Positions 18,764 through 28,775 of a stretch of DNA of 64,000 bases are shown here, one piece after another. Below the pieces are notes generated by a model. The model searched no databases, had not been told where the DNA came from, and worked only from the letters and a program-made list of their open reading frames with translations. The translations under genes were made by a program, and so were the position numbers. Source of the stretch: a virus; IMG/VR virus record IMGVR_UViG_3300042897_000994, positions 32,001-96,000 of that record; one strand, given 5' to 3'. Numbering within the stretch: position 1 is the first letter of the stretch; every line of letters begins with the position of its first letter.

Positions 18764-20169
18764 TGTTATTAGACATAGAACAGCGTGGTAAAGAACTTAT
18801 CGTTTCTTATTACAACAAAGAAGGAAACACTGCCTTTAAAAAATATAAGCTACCTTCCGTTTCTAACTGGGCCGTATGTAATCCAAAAGACAAAGGAAAG
18901 TCCGAAGAATTTAAAAACTGGGATGGCCGACCAGTAAGACTGGCACCTAGTAAAGCTTATGATAAATATTCTCTAATTCAATTTTTAGAAAATTTACCAG
19001 AAGAAGAATCATTTGAAATTTTTGAATATTGTCTTCCAAAGATTTATTTTGTAGATATTGAGGTTGAAGTTACCGATTCTTTTCCAGAACCAGAAAGAGC
19101 AGAAAATCCAGTTACTACAATAGCAATTGTTACACCGACTGGACAGTCTATTGTTTTAGCAACAAAAGATTTAAAAAGAGAAAATCAAATAGAAATACAA
19201 GAATCTATTAATGACTATTTCTTAGAAGAAGATGTTTCTTTTAACTTTGTTTATAAAGTTTTTTCATCTGAATATGATATGCTTTATACGTTTTTCCACA
19301 CCTTTGTGAAAAAATTTCCAATGATGACAGGTTGGAACTTTATTAATTTTGACTGGAAATATCTCGTAAATAGAGCAATGAAACTTTCTATTGATGTTTC
19401 AATCGCCTCTCCGACCGGTGCAGTTTGGGGAAAAGAACAAATTCCATTTCATGTAGGTGTGATGGACTATTTGGAACTATACCGAAAATGGGATAGAAGC
19501 GTAGATATTAAAGAAAACTTTACTTTAGATTCAGTTGCCGAAGTTGTTACTGGATATAAGAAAATTAAATACAATGGATCTCTACAAGATCTCTATGAAC
19601 AAGACTATCAGAAATATGTTTATTATAACGTAGTCGATACTTGTCTGGTATTTCTCATACACAGAAAAATTAAAACGATGGAGATTGCTTTAACTATTGC
19701 AAATCTTTGTCGAATTTCTATTTATAAAGCAGCATCACCCGTTGCGGTAACCGAGTCTCTCTTGTGCAGGAAATTCTTGGATAAAGGTCAAGTGATGGCC
19801 AAAGACTGGGAAGCCTCACCAAATAAAGTAAATGGACAATATGCCGGAGCTTATGTAAAACAACCAGAAGTCGGAATGCACAGAGGAGTAGCTTGCTTTG
19901 ACTTTGCTTCTCTATATCCATCAATTATGAGACAGTTGAATGTTAGTCCCGATTCGTTCATTAGAAAGGTAGATCCTAACAATGCAGATGCGGAAAAACG
20001 TGATGATAGAATAGTATCTGTGACTGGCGCAGTATATCGAAAAGATGAATCCATACTCAAGAATATTCTCACAGATCTCTATAATCAGAGAAGAACTTAC
20101 AAGAAAAAGTATTTTGAGTTAGAAGTTAAAGCAGATGAGCTTAGGAAAAAAATTAAGGAAATGAGTTAG
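18763..20169 (+). CDS. family B DNA polymerase, N-terminal subunit (exonuclease, motif A and first finger helix)
   Basis: ExoI VDIEV, ExoII GWNFINFD, ExoIII YNVVD, YAGAYVK.P, DFASLYPS; ends in a coiled coil before motif B. Confidence 0.9.
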   Translation: MLLDIEQRGKELIVSYYNKEGNTAFKKYKLPSVSNWAVCNPKDKGKSEEFKNWDGRPVRLAPSKAYDKYSLIQFLENLPEEESFEIFEYCLPKIYFVDIEVEVTDSFPEPERAENPVTTIAIVTPTGQSIVLATKDLKRENQIEIQESINDYFLEEDVSFNFVYKVFSSEYDMLYTFFHTFVKKFPMMTGWNFINFDWKYLVNRAMKLSIDVSIASPTGAVWGKEQIPFHVGVMDYLELYRKWDRSVDIKENFTLDSVAEVVTGYKKIKYNGSLQDLYEQDYQKYVYYNVVDTCLVFLIHRKIKTMEIALTIANLCRISIYKAASPVAVTESLLCRKFLDKGQVMAKDWEASPNKVNGQYAGAYVKQPEVGMHRGVACFDFASLYPSIMRQLNVSPDSFIRKVDPNNADAEKRDDRIVSVTGAVYRKDESILKNILTDLYNQRRTYKKKYFELEVKADELRKKIKEMS

Positions 20170-20252
20170 ATTTTTATGGTTAGGCCCACTTTTTCCAATA
20201 TATAATTTAATAGAATTGCTTATGTCTACTATCTAACATATAAAAGACTAAT

Positions 20253-20281
20253 GAAGGACCTCTTACAAAAAGAGGTCCTTC
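20253..20281 (+). other. perfect 12-bp hairpin in the pol-nrdB intergenic region
   Basis: GAAGGACCTCTT-ACAAA-AAGAGGTCCTTC, with only a weak U-tract after it. Confidence 0.7.
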
Positions 20282-20352
20282 TTGTCTCTAAAACTTTTAA
20301 AACTAATAAGCAGTTTTTAAAAAACAAAAGATAAAAAAACACTAAAATACAC

Positions 20353-21345
20353 ATGGGATTATTTGACAACAGAGTAGCTTTTAAGCCTTTTGAATATCCG
20401 GCTTACTTTACAGATGGATGGCTATTACAGGCTCAAAGTTTCTGGCTTCACACCGAAATTCCAATGCAGGGGGATGTTAAAGATTGGAATGAGAATCTAG
20501 CGCCACACGAAAAGAATCTCGTAGGAAATATTCTCTTGGGCTTTGCTCAAACTGAATGCGCAGTTTCTGATTATTGGACAGGAATGGTAACTAACTGGTT
20601 TCCGAAACATGAAATCAAGCACATGGCTATGATGTTTGGTTCACAAGAAACGATTCATGCCACTGCATATTCATATTTGAACGAAACTCTAGGATTAGAA
20701 GACTTTGAAGCATTCTTGCATGAACCTGCAACATCTGAAAAGTTCGAACTTTTAGTTTCTACCAAAGCAGAGTATAATTATGAAGATCTTAAATGGAATA
20801 AAGACGCTAGAAATGATGTTGCCAAATCTTTAGCTATTTTTTCTGCTTTCGCCGAAGGTGTTTCTTTATATTCATCATTTGCCGTTTTATATTCATTCCA
20901 GATGAGAAATCTTCTCAAAGGAATAGGACAGCAAATGAAGTGGAGTGTTAGAGATGAATCTTTACATTCTAGAATGGGTTGCCAATTATTTCGTCATATG
21001 TGTGATGAATATCCTGATCTAAAAAAGAATGTAATGTATCAGGTTATCGAAGCAGCAGAATTGATTGTAGAGCTTGAACATAAATTTATTGACAAAATGT
21101 TCGAAATGGGAGATTTAGAGAATCTTAAAGCTGAAGATTTAAAGCACTTTATTCTTAAAAGAGCTAATGAAAAACTGGTAGAGCTTGGATATGAACCTCA
21201 TTTTGAATATGATAAAGAATCTGCAGATCAGTTAGAATGGTTTTATCATTTAACGGGAGGATTAACACACACTGACTTTTTTGCATTAAGACCTACCGAC
21301 TATTCAAAAGCCGGCGAAGGAGAAGATTGGGAAGATATATTTTAA
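20353..21345 (+). CDS. nrdB: class Ia ribonucleotide reductase beta subunit
   Basis: FKPFEYP, QETIHATAYS, EGVSLYSSF, RDESLH, DFFA.RPTDYSK. Confidence 0.95.
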   Translation: MGLFDNRVAFKPFEYPAYFTDGWLLQAQSFWLHTEIPMQGDVKDWNENLAPHEKNLVGNILLGFAQTECAVSDYWTGMVTNWFPKHEIKHMAMMFGSQETIHATAYSYLNETLGLEDFEAFLHEPATSEKFELLVSTKAEYNYEDLKWNKDARNDVAKSLAIFSAFAEGVSLYSSFAVLYSFQMRNLLKGIGQQMKWSVRDESLHSRMGCQLFRHMCDEYPDLKKNVMYQVIEAAELIVELEHKFIDKMFEMGDLENLKAEDLKHFILKRANEKLVELGYEPHFEYDKESADQLEWFYHLTGGLTHTDFFALRPTDYSKAGEGEDWEDIF

Positions 21346-21352
21346 AATAGAA

Positions 21353-23131
21353 ATGAAAAATTACGGAGATGATTTAGGCTGGGAATTGGGAGTTGATTTT
21401 CCAGTTTGGGGTAACACAGAAATTTATGTTAAAACAATATCCAAGGGGTATCTTCTAGCCGGAGAAACCCCAAAGGACGCATATTGGAGAGTATCTACAG
21501 CAGTTGCTCGTAGATTAGGAAAGCCGCACATGGCTAGCAAGTTCTTTGATTTTATTTGGAGAGGCTGGCTCAATTTAGCAACTCCTGTTTTGTCTAACAC
21601 TGGCACTGATAGAGGTTTACCTATCTCTTGCTTTGGTATAGATGTAGGAGATTCTATTCAAGAAATTGGATCGAAAAATCTAGAAATGATGCTTTTAGCC
21701 AAACATGGTGGAGGAGTAGGAGTCGGAGTCAACCTGGTTAGATCTGCTGGATCCAGAATTACTGGAAATGGTACTTCAGACGGTGTAGTTCCCTTCTGCA
21801 AAATATATGACTCAACTATTTTAGCTACTAATCAGGGTTCGGTACGTAGAGGAGCCGCCTCAGTTAATCTAAATATTGAACATGGAGACTTTGATGAATG
21901 GATTGAAATCAGAGAACCTAAAGGAGACGTAAATCGCCAATCTTTAAATTTACATCAATGTGTAGTAGTTGGTGATAAATTTATGCGAAGGGTTGAAGAT
22001 GGAGATCCAGAAGCTAGAAGAAAGTGGAGTAAGGTTCTACAAAAGAGAAAAGCCACAGGAGAACCTTATATCATGTTTAAAGGTAATGTGAACAAGCAAA
22101 ATCCAGAGGCTTACAAGCAAAACGGTCTTAAAGTATTTATGACTAATATTTGTAGTGAAATTACTCTACATACAGATGAATCACATTCATTTGTATGCTG
22201 TTTGTCTTCTGTAAATTTAGCTAAGTATGATGAATGGAAAGACACCGATTTAATCTACACTGCTATTTGGTTCTTGGATGGAGTTTTGGAAGAATTCATC
22301 CAAAGAGCTAAAAACATGAGAGGTTTTGAAAACTCAGTTCGTTCAGCTGAAAAGGGTCGAGCATTAGGATTAGGAGTTTTAGGATGGCATACATATCTCC
22401 AACAGAAAGGCATACCATTTGAAGGTCTACCGGCTCAGTTTGAAACTAGAAGAATTTTTTCTCAGATGAAAATTGAAGCAGAAAGAGCTTCTAGGGATAT
22501 GGCTACTGAATGCGGAGAACCTTTATGGTGTGTAGGTACAGGTATGAGAAATACTCACCTGATGGCAATTGCACCTACAGTTTCAAATTCAAAGCTTTCA
22601 GGAAATGTTTCTGCTGGAATTGAACCATGGGCTGCAAATGTATTCACAGAACAAACTGCCAAAGGCACATTTATCAGAAAGAATCCCGAATTAGAAAGAG
22701 TTCTTCGCAAAATAGGAATTAATAATAGAGATACTTGGGACAAAATTCTCGAAGATGGAGGATCCGTTCAAGATATCGGCGAATTAGATAAGTGGGGATT
22801 TATAAACGGAAAACTAACAAATGAGATATCTGAAACCGCAATTCAAAATAAAGAAGTAGATTGGGTTAAAGATGTCTTTAAAACATTTAAAGAAATAAAT
22901 CAGCTAGATCTTATAAAGCAGGCGGGTATTCGCCAGCAATATGTAGATCAGTCAGTTTCTTTAAATTTGGCATTCCCTTCTCAAGCAAATCCGAAGTGGA
23001 TTAATCAAGTTCATTTAGAAGCTTGGAAACAGGGAATAAAAACTCTCTACTATATGAGAACTGAATCTGTATTAAGAGGTGACATAGCAATAAGAGCAAC
23101 AGATCCTGATTGCGTAAGTTGCGACGGTTAA
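21353..23131 (+). CDS. nrdA: class Ia ribonucleotide reductase alpha subunit (short, no ATP cone)
   Basis: PISCF, TNICSEI, CCLSS, AIAPT, KTLYYMR, C-terminal CVSCDG. Confidence 0.95.
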   Translation: MKNYGDDLGWELGVDFPVWGNTEIYVKTISKGYLLAGETPKDAYWRVSTAVARRLGKPHMASKFFDFIWRGWLNLATPVLSNTGTDRGLPISCFGIDVGDSIQEIGSKNLEMMLLAKHGGGVGVGVNLVRSAGSRITGNGTSDGVVPFCKIYDSTILATNQGSVRRGAASVNLNIEHGDFDEWIEIREPKGDVNRQSLNLHQCVVVGDKFMRRVEDGDPEARRKWSKVLQKRKATGEPYIMFKGNVNKQNPEAYKQNGLKVFMTNICSEITLHTDESHSFVCCLSSVNLAKYDEWKDTDLIYTAIWFLDGVLEEFIQRAKNMRGFENSVRSAEKGRALGLGVLGWHTYLQQKGIPFEGLPAQFETRRIFSQMKIEAERASRDMATECGEPLWCVGTGMRNTHLMAIAPTVSNSKLSGNVSAGIEPWAANVFTEQTAKGTFIRKNPELERVLRKIGINNRDTWDKILEDGGSVQDIGELDKWGFINGKLTNEISETAIQNKEVDWVKDVFKTFKEINQLDLIKQAGIRQQYVDQSVSLNLAFPSQANPKWINQVHLEAWKQGIKTLYYMRTESVLRGDIAIRATDPDCVSCDG

Positions 23132-23178
23132 ACTTTTTCTACTTTCACTATAAAATAAAACAAAAAAATAAGAAAAAC

Positions 23179-23355
23179 ATGGAAAAATTCGAAAAAATCA
23201 AAGCATTGATCGCAGAAGCAGAAGCTGATGTAGAAAAATTCTACGAAAAAGGAAACAAATCTGCAGGTACTCGTATCCGTAAGGCTATGCAAGACTTGAA
23301 GAAACTTGCTCAAGAAATGCGTCAAGACGTTCAAGATACTAAGAATACAGCGTAA
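23179..23355 (+). CDS. histone H1-like Hc1-family protein
   Basis: 58 aa from ATG 23179; GNKSAGTRIRKAMQDLK.LAQEMR. Confidence 0.8.
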   Translation: MEKFEKIKALIAEAEADVEKFYEKGNKSAGTRIRKAMQDLKKLAQEMRQDVQDTKNTA

Positions 23356-23380
23356 TTCAGTAATCTATCACATCTGAATT

Positions 23381-23414
23381 AAAAGAGCCTCTGCTAAAGC
23401 AGGGGCTTTTTTTT
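23381..23414 (+). terminator. intrinsic terminator
   Basis: AGCCTCTGC-loop-GCAGGGGCT followed by a T run. Confidence 0.85.
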
Positions 23415-23437
23415 GAAAACTTTATGATTCTATATTG

Positions 23438-23463
23438 AAACTAATGGTTTTTTGACTATATAA
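23438..23463 (+). promoter_or_regulatory. AAAC-N17-TATAA promoter (clamp/polymerase-2/uvsX operon)
   Basis: AAAC 23438-23441, TATAA 23459-23463. Confidence 0.6.
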
Positions 23464-23479
23464 AAAAGAAAAATAATAA

Positions 23480-24232
23480 ATGGAAATCAAAATTAAGAAA
23501 ATAGACACTGCAGAATTTCAGTTGTTTGTTAAGAAATTATTGTCTATCGACAAGTTCATTTTTATGAAAGTTGGAGAAAAGGTTACATCTTCTTCTGTCT
23601 TTCTTCCACAACGGGATGCCGTAAAATTAGTAAACGTTAAGACTTCTGATCTTTTTGATTCTGAAGCTTGGCCTGATCAACCGGTTAAAGTTTCTTTCTT
23701 TAATGGAAATAAGATTATAGAAGCTCTTTCTCATTTCGGTGGAGAATGTTCAGGAAAAATTATCTATGATAAAGTAGGGAATGATTTTGTTGCAAGTGAC
23801 TTTATTATTGAAAATGATAATCTAAAGATCAAACTCTTTTGCGCGGATCCAAGTTTAAACTTTATGGATATGAAAGAAGATGAAACCAAGAGAGCATTTA
23901 CAACTACAGATTCAAAATTCTCTTTTGAACTTTTAACAATCCATGCAGACAAGATGAAGTCTCTTTTCTCTCTCGATAAAGAAAAAGAAACTTATAAGTT
24001 ATATGCAGATTCTAGAGGTGTAAGTATTAAAGGTGAAAATTATGATGCCATCATTACTCACTCTGTTGAAATGGATTCTGAAAATGAAGAAGTTACAATT
24101 TATAAAAAGTATAGTCCTCTTCTAGATAAAGAAAACTACAAAGTAGTAGTATGCGGAAATAAAATTGTATTTAAGTCTCTAGATACTGCAACATATTTAA
24201 CTGTAGCTGTAGCTATCATAGACGAAGAATAA
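23480..24232 (+). CDS. putative sliding clamp (gp45-like)
   Basis: 250 aa with a two-domain alpha/beta pattern (KLFCADPS linker), coupled to the polymerase subunit. Confidence 0.6.
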   Translation: MEIKIKKIDTAEFQLFVKKLLSIDKFIFMKVGEKVTSSSVFLPQRDAVKLVNVKTSDLFDSEAWPDQPVKVSFFNGNKIIEALSHFGGECSGKIIYDKVGNDFVASDFIIENDNLKIKLFCADPSLNFMDMKEDETKRAFTTTDSKFSFELLTIHADKMKSLFSLDKEKETYKLYADSRGVSIKGENYDAIITHSVEMDSENEEVTIYKKYSPLLDKENYKVVVCGNKIVFKSLDTATYLTVAVAIIDEE

Positions 24233-25368
24233 TGAAAGAAGATATAGAAGATCTAAAAAAACAACTTAAAGAAATAGAACAAGAGTCTCAGAAGTATTAC
24301 AACTACGAACAAGCTGTTAAATTAACTCTAAACTCAATTTACGGCGCATTCGGTAATGAGTGGTTCTATTTCTTTAATGTAGACATTGCAGAAACAATTA
24401 CCCTGCAAGGTCAAGACGCAATCTTTTATACCGAAAAACTGATCAATAAGTACTTTCATGATTTTTGGCACAAAGACACGGAAGTACATAAGGAGCTTGG
24501 AATTGAGATTAAAGGCGAAGTAAAGAAGCCTATTGTAATCTACATCGACACAGACTCATGTTATCTTAGATTCGAAGAAGTTCTTGAAAAATGTACTTGG
24601 GATAAATCAGAAAAAGAATTTATTCTCAAGATTTATAATATCAGACTAAAGTCATACATTGAAAATGTTCTTAGTTCCTATGCAAAAAAGAACAACTCTG
24701 ATAACTTTCTTTCATTCGAACTTGAATCGATAGCCAAAAATGCAATCTGGCTAGCAAAAAAGAAATACATGCAAAACATTGTATGGAAAGATCCAGATAT
24801 TCATTTCGAGGCCTTGAGTAAAATAAGTACAAAAGGATTTGAAATCATACAATCAAGTACTCCGCTTTTCGCTCGAAACAAGCTAAAGGAAATCATCAAA
24901 TATATCTTTTCAGTAGATAAAGTAAATTATCCAGATTTGATTGCTCTTTTGAAAAAAATTAAAAGAGAATTTAAACTTGCAAATATCGAGCATATATGTT
25001 TCAATCTAAGAATTGGAAACTATCAGAAATATATTGTTAACGACTATTCTGAATTTGAAATAGCTTCAGGTTGTCCAATGCACGTTAGGGCATCTGGGTA
25101 TTATAATTATTTACTAAATAACAGTACGCACAAAGGAAAATATAAACTTCTTGCCAATTCAGAAAAGGTAAAAATGTATATAAGCAAAGATTCTGCATGT
25201 GACGTATTTGCATTTCCTCCTGGGAATCACCCTTATGAATTTGCACCTTCAGTAGATTATGATGCACAATTCGAAAAAGCAATAATTGATCCTATGAATC
25301 GAGTTATTGCGGCAATGAGCCTTCCTATACTAGATAGAAATTTAATTTATACAACAACGCTCTTTTAA
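24232..25368 (+). CDS. family B DNA polymerase, C-terminal subunit (motifs B and C, thumb)
   Basis: Starts with a coiled coil, then KLTLNSIYG, ITLQGQ, YIDTDS, KKKY, KGFEII.SSTP, PMHVRAS. Confidence 0.9.
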   Translation: MKEDIEDLKKQLKEIEQESQKYYNYEQAVKLTLNSIYGAFGNEWFYFFNVDIAETITLQGQDAIFYTEKLINKYFHDFWHKDTEVHKELGIEIKGEVKKPIVIYIDTDSCYLRFEEVLEKCTWDKSEKEFILKIYNIRLKSYIENVLSSYAKKNNSDNFLSFELESIAKNAIWLAKKKYMQNIVWKDPDIHFEALSKISTKGFEIIQSSTPLFARNKLKEIIKYIFSVDKVNYPDLIALLKKIKREFKLANIEHICFNLRIGNYQKYIVNDYSEFEIASGCPMHVRASGYYNYLLNNSTHKGKYKLLANSEKVKMYISKDSACDVFAFPPGNHPYEFAPSVDYDAQFEKAIIDPMNRVIAAMSLPILDRNLIYTTTLF

Positions 25369-25375
25369 AAAAACT

Positions 25376-26581
25376 ATGGCAAAAACATTTTCATTTGAAG
25401 ACTTAAACAAAGAAATGTCTAAGATCTCAACTTACGGTGATACTCTCGATAAAAGCGAAGTATCTTCTGTAGAACACCACATTCCTACCGGTAATTATGT
25501 ACTGAATGCATGTCTTACTGGATCGCTTTTCGGCGGATATCCAAATAACAGATCTGTATGTATCGCAGGTCCGTCTGGAACAGGAAAAACATTCTTGATT
25601 TTAAATGGCATTAGAGAAGCTCAAAAACTCGGATATTATACAATTTATTATGATTCAGAAAACGCAGTTGATAGAGATCTAGTTGTAAAATTTGGCATTG
25701 ATCCTGCTAGACTAAGATATGAACCTTGTAATACAGTTCAAGAGTTTAGATCAAGTATCACAAATCTTACTAATACTCTTTTAGAACAAAAGAAGAAAGG
25801 AATTGAAATTCCAAGGATCATGGTTATTTTAGACTCTGCTGGTAACTTAGCAACGCAAAAAGAAATCGATGATGCAAAAACTGGATCTGATAAAGCAGAT
25901 ATGACAAGGGCTAAATTGCTCAAATCGACATTTAGAATCCTGATGACTCAAATGGGGCTATGTAAAATTCCATTTTTATTTACTAATCATACATATCAAA
26001 CACAAGATCTTTTTAGCAAACAAGTTGCGGGCGGAGGAACCGGTCCCGAATATGCAGCTTCTATTATATTGTTTTTAGGTAAAGCTAAACTTTCCGAAGG
26101 CAATGCAACAGGAATTATCGTTACCGCTAAACCAAACAAAAATAGATTTGCCAAACCTACACCTGTAAAATTTTGGATTGATTTTAACAAAGGAATGAAT
26201 CAGTACGTAGGTTTACAAGATTTTATTAGTTGGGATAATTGCGGAATTCAAAGAGGCAAATTTATTAATCAAAAAGATTATGAAAAGCTTTCGGCTTCTG
26301 ATAAAGAAAATTGTAGAGAACACACTTACAATACAGAAAAAGGCGAAGTTACTGTATATTTTCAACCTTCAGAAACAGCAAGAGGTTTAGCTGTAAAACA
26401 TCTTAATGATGTTATAAAACTCACAGACTTATTTACGCCTGAAGTTTTAGATCCAGTTCTTAAAGAATTAGATGAAAACGTTATCCAGCAAATATTTCAA
26501 TACGGTGAGAGTGAAGGTATTGAAACGGAGATAGATGATATTATCAATTCAACAGAAGAAATTGATTCTGAAAATGAGTGA
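25376..26581 (+). CDS. uvsX: RecA-like recombinase UvsX
   Basis: PTGNYVLN, GPSGTGKT, YDSENA, LDSAGNL, DMTRAK, FTNHTY, GGG.G..YAAS. Confidence 0.92.
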   Translation: MAKTFSFEDLNKEMSKISTYGDTLDKSEVSSVEHHIPTGNYVLNACLTGSLFGGYPNNRSVCIAGPSGTGKTFLILNGIREAQKLGYYTIYYDSENAVDRDLVVKFGIDPARLRYEPCNTVQEFRSSITNLTNTLLEQKKKGIEIPRIMVILDSAGNLATQKEIDDAKTGSDKADMTRAKLLKSTFRILMTQMGLCKIPFLFTNHTYQTQDLFSKQVAGGGTGPEYAASIILFLGKAKLSEGNATGIIVTAKPNKNRFAKPTPVKFWIDFNKGMNQYVGLQDFISWDNCGIQRGKFINQKDYEKLSASDKENCREHTYNTEKGEVTVYFQPSETARGLAVKHLNDVIKLTDLFTPEVLDPVLKELDENVIQQIFQYGESEGIETEIDDIINSTEEIDSENE

Positions 26582-26879
26582 TTTTATTCCTGGGATTGAT
26601 CTAAATAAGATCAAAGTAAAACATCTTTTAGGTATTTCTAGCACTCTTTCTAGTTTTCCAGACGATAGTGACATTCTGTATTATTTAGTAGACACAATAT
26701 CCTCTAATCCAAAGTCTGACAAAACCTTTACAGATGTTCAATTATCAAAAAAATTCAATAAAGATCGAGAAGAGATTACTTCTCTTCTCGATTCTCTTTC
26801 ATCTCAAGGCTATGTGAAGAAGCTTAAATCTTTAGATAGCAAGTCGGTATATCAAATACTTAAAAATCCATACCGTTAA
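26574..26879 (+). CDS. winged-helix DNA-binding protein
   Basis: ATG 26574 overlaps the uvsX stop; DVQLSKKFNKDREEITSLLDSLSSQGYVKK wHTH pattern. Confidence 0.55.
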   Translation: MSDFIPGIDLNKIKVKHLLGISSTLSSFPDDSDILYYLVDTISSNPKSDKTFTDVQLSKKFNKDREEITSLLDSLSSQGYVKKLKSLDSKSVYQILKNPYR

Positions 26880-26903
26880 ACTTAATACCTTTTTTGTCTA
26901 TAA
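26878..26903 (+). promoter_or_regulatory. AAAC-N17-TATAA promoter (helicase operon)
   Basis: AAAC 26878-26881, TATAA 26899-26903. Confidence 0.6.
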
Positions 26904-26909
26904 TTTATA

Positions 26910-28205
26910 ATGGACAAGTATGGCATAGATTACGAAAAAATCTTTTTTCTTTACTTTCTAAAAAATCCTTTTTTCTTATCTAAAGTATACAAAGGATTTT
27001 TTAGTAATCAGGATCTGGATTTTTTATCTCAAGTTGCAAAGGAGTTTCAAGTAAAGTTTCAAGAAACTCCTTCGAAAGATCAACTTAAGATTCTGATTAA
27101 AAATGTAAAAGAAAAAAGAGAGCTAGATGATGAAATCGTAGAGGCTATCTTCCAAACCGATATCAAGCAATATGATGAAGAATGGCTTGATAGAACTTCC
27201 AAAGCTTGGATAGCTTGGAAGCATTTCGATAAAAAACTTATTTCTACTGTAGAATTTGTAAAGTTTCAGGATGTCACTCCTGAAAATGTAGAAAAAATAG
27301 TCAATCAAGCAATTGGGATTTTATCTGAAGGTAGCTTAACCTTCGATCAAGATCATGGTTTAGACTTTTTTGAACCTGAAGATCACATTCAAAAAGAATC
27401 TTCTAAAATTCCTTCGGGTAGAGATTTTATAGATCGAATTACAGGCGGAGGTTATGATGCTAAATCTCTCGTTGTTTATGCAGGTGAACAAAATATTGGA
27501 AAAAGTATTTGGCTTGCAAATGATGCATGTAGCTTTGTAAGAATGGGTTATAACACTGCATTTATTACTGCAGAAATGGCAGCTCATAAAGTTGTAAAAA
27601 GGATTGGATCAAATCTTTTAGATATTACAATGGCCGAATATTCCAAGAAAACCTCTGATAGATCTTTTATGAAAAGAAAACTAGAAAGAGTGTCAAATGG
27701 AGTAATGCCACCAGGTAGACTTTTTGTAAAAGAATTTCCTACTTCTCAGGCTACTGTTCCTGATATTGAAAAATTCTTAAAGGGATTAGAAGAATCTCAA
27801 TCATTTAAACTGAAGGCAATTGTTCTCGATTATATAAATATCTTAGCCAACTTTAGAAATCCTAACAGCGAAAATACATATATGAAGATTAAGCAAATTG
27901 CAGAAGATCTTCGAGCAATGGCGGTAAGAAATGACTGGTTAATTATCACTGCAACTCAAATCACTAGAGGAGGTTGGGATGCTACAGAGATAAATATGTC
28001 GAATATTGCTGAATCTGCAGGTTTGGCTCATACTGCAGATATGATGTATGCAATTATTCAAGATTCAATGATGCATGCAAACAAAGAATATTGGTTAAAA
28101 GTCTTAAAAATTAGAGACGGAGAAGGCAAAGGATCTAAATGCAGATTTGAAATTAATTATGAGTATATGCGTCTTAGGGAAACTGGCGACGTAATAACAA
28201 ATTAA
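26910..28205 (+). CDS. gp41: replicative DnaB-family helicase (gp41-like)
   Basis: AGEQNIGKS, ITAEM, VKEFPT, LDYINI, IAEDLRAMA, TATQITR, AES.GL.HTAD, LKIRDG. Confidence 0.9.
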   Translation: MDKYGIDYEKIFFLYFLKNPFFLSKVYKGFFSNQDLDFLSQVAKEFQVKFQETPSKDQLKILIKNVKEKRELDDEIVEAIFQTDIKQYDEEWLDRTSKAWIAWKHFDKKLISTVEFVKFQDVTPENVEKIVNQAIGILSEGSLTFDQDHGLDFFEPEDHIQKESSKIPSGRDFIDRITGGGYDAKSLVVYAGEQNIGKSIWLANDACSFVRMGYNTAFITAEMAAHKVVKRIGSNLLDITMAEYSKKTSDRSFMKRKLERVSNGVMPPGRLFVKEFPTSQATVPDIEKFLKGLEESQSFKLKAIVLDYINILANFRNPNSENTYMKIKQIAEDLRAMAVRNDWLIITATQITRGGWDATEINMSNIAESAGLAHTADMMYAIIQDSMMHANKEYWLKVLKIRDGEGKGSKCRFEINYEYMRLRETGDVITN

Positions 28206-28208
28206 AAG

Positions 28209-28775
28209 ATGATGGAAGAAGAAGAATTTGAAGACGAGTCATTGTCCAGGAGGATAGATGATATAGACGAACTGTACAAAGTAGAAAAAGTATCAGATGA
28301 AGAAGAGAACCCAGATATTGAAGAAGAAATCAGCAATGGATTACGGGTAGATAAGATTTTTGATAATTCATTTGGTGAAAGTGAATATGATGGAAGCAAG
28401 TCGAATTTCGCGGTAGATGCGCAATTTCATGATTATGAAGAAGCCGAAGAAAAAATTCATTACAACTTACTGTTCGAAAAGATTCACGCTCTTATAAAAA
28501 GTTCTCAATATTCAGCATTAAATGAAGTTAAAGAGAATGGCAAGATCTCAAAACTAAATAAAATGCAAATTAATCAAGTATATGGATTTGTCTTAAACTC
28601 TCTTCCCGGTACTGAAAGAAAGATTGAAATTTTTTCAATTCTTTCTGATTATTTTGACATTCATCCATCTAAGTTCTATTCTTCACTTTCAAACAAATAC
28701 AAGAATGATCTGATAATAGAGTTAGATCAGTCTATGAATATTTTTGAAAAGAAGAAGATCAGAAGATTATTTTAA
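28209..28775 (+). CDS. probable late-transcription coactivator (gp33-like)
   Basis: Acidic N-terminus; C-terminal IEIFSILSDYFDI..LSNKYKNDLIIEL..MNIF resembles the gp33 core; ends RRLF. Confidence 0.45.
   Translation: MMEEEEFEDESLSRRIDDIDELYKVEKVSDEEENPDIEEEISNGLRVDKIFDNSFGESEYDGSKSNFAVDAQFHDYEEAEEKIHYNLLFEKIHALIKSSQYSALNEVKENGKISKLNKMQINQVYGFVLNSLPGTERKIEIFSILSDYFDIHPSKFYSSLSNKYKNDLIIELDQSMNIFEKKKIRRLF

Noticed and set aside
23130-23153. AAAC...TATAA upstream of the Hc1 gene
   Set aside because: The spacer is 15 nt rather than 17-18, so it was not counted in the promoter class
23110-23178. ORF-track N-terminal extensions (23110, 26535, 44054, 45101)
   Set aside because: They overlap upstream genes or promoter motifs; downstream ATGs at 23179, 26574, 44027 and 45107 fit better
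20169-24232. Intron or split intein interrupting the polymerase
   Set aside because: The intervening DNA is ordinary genes, and neither half has intein terminal motifs or a homing endonuclease
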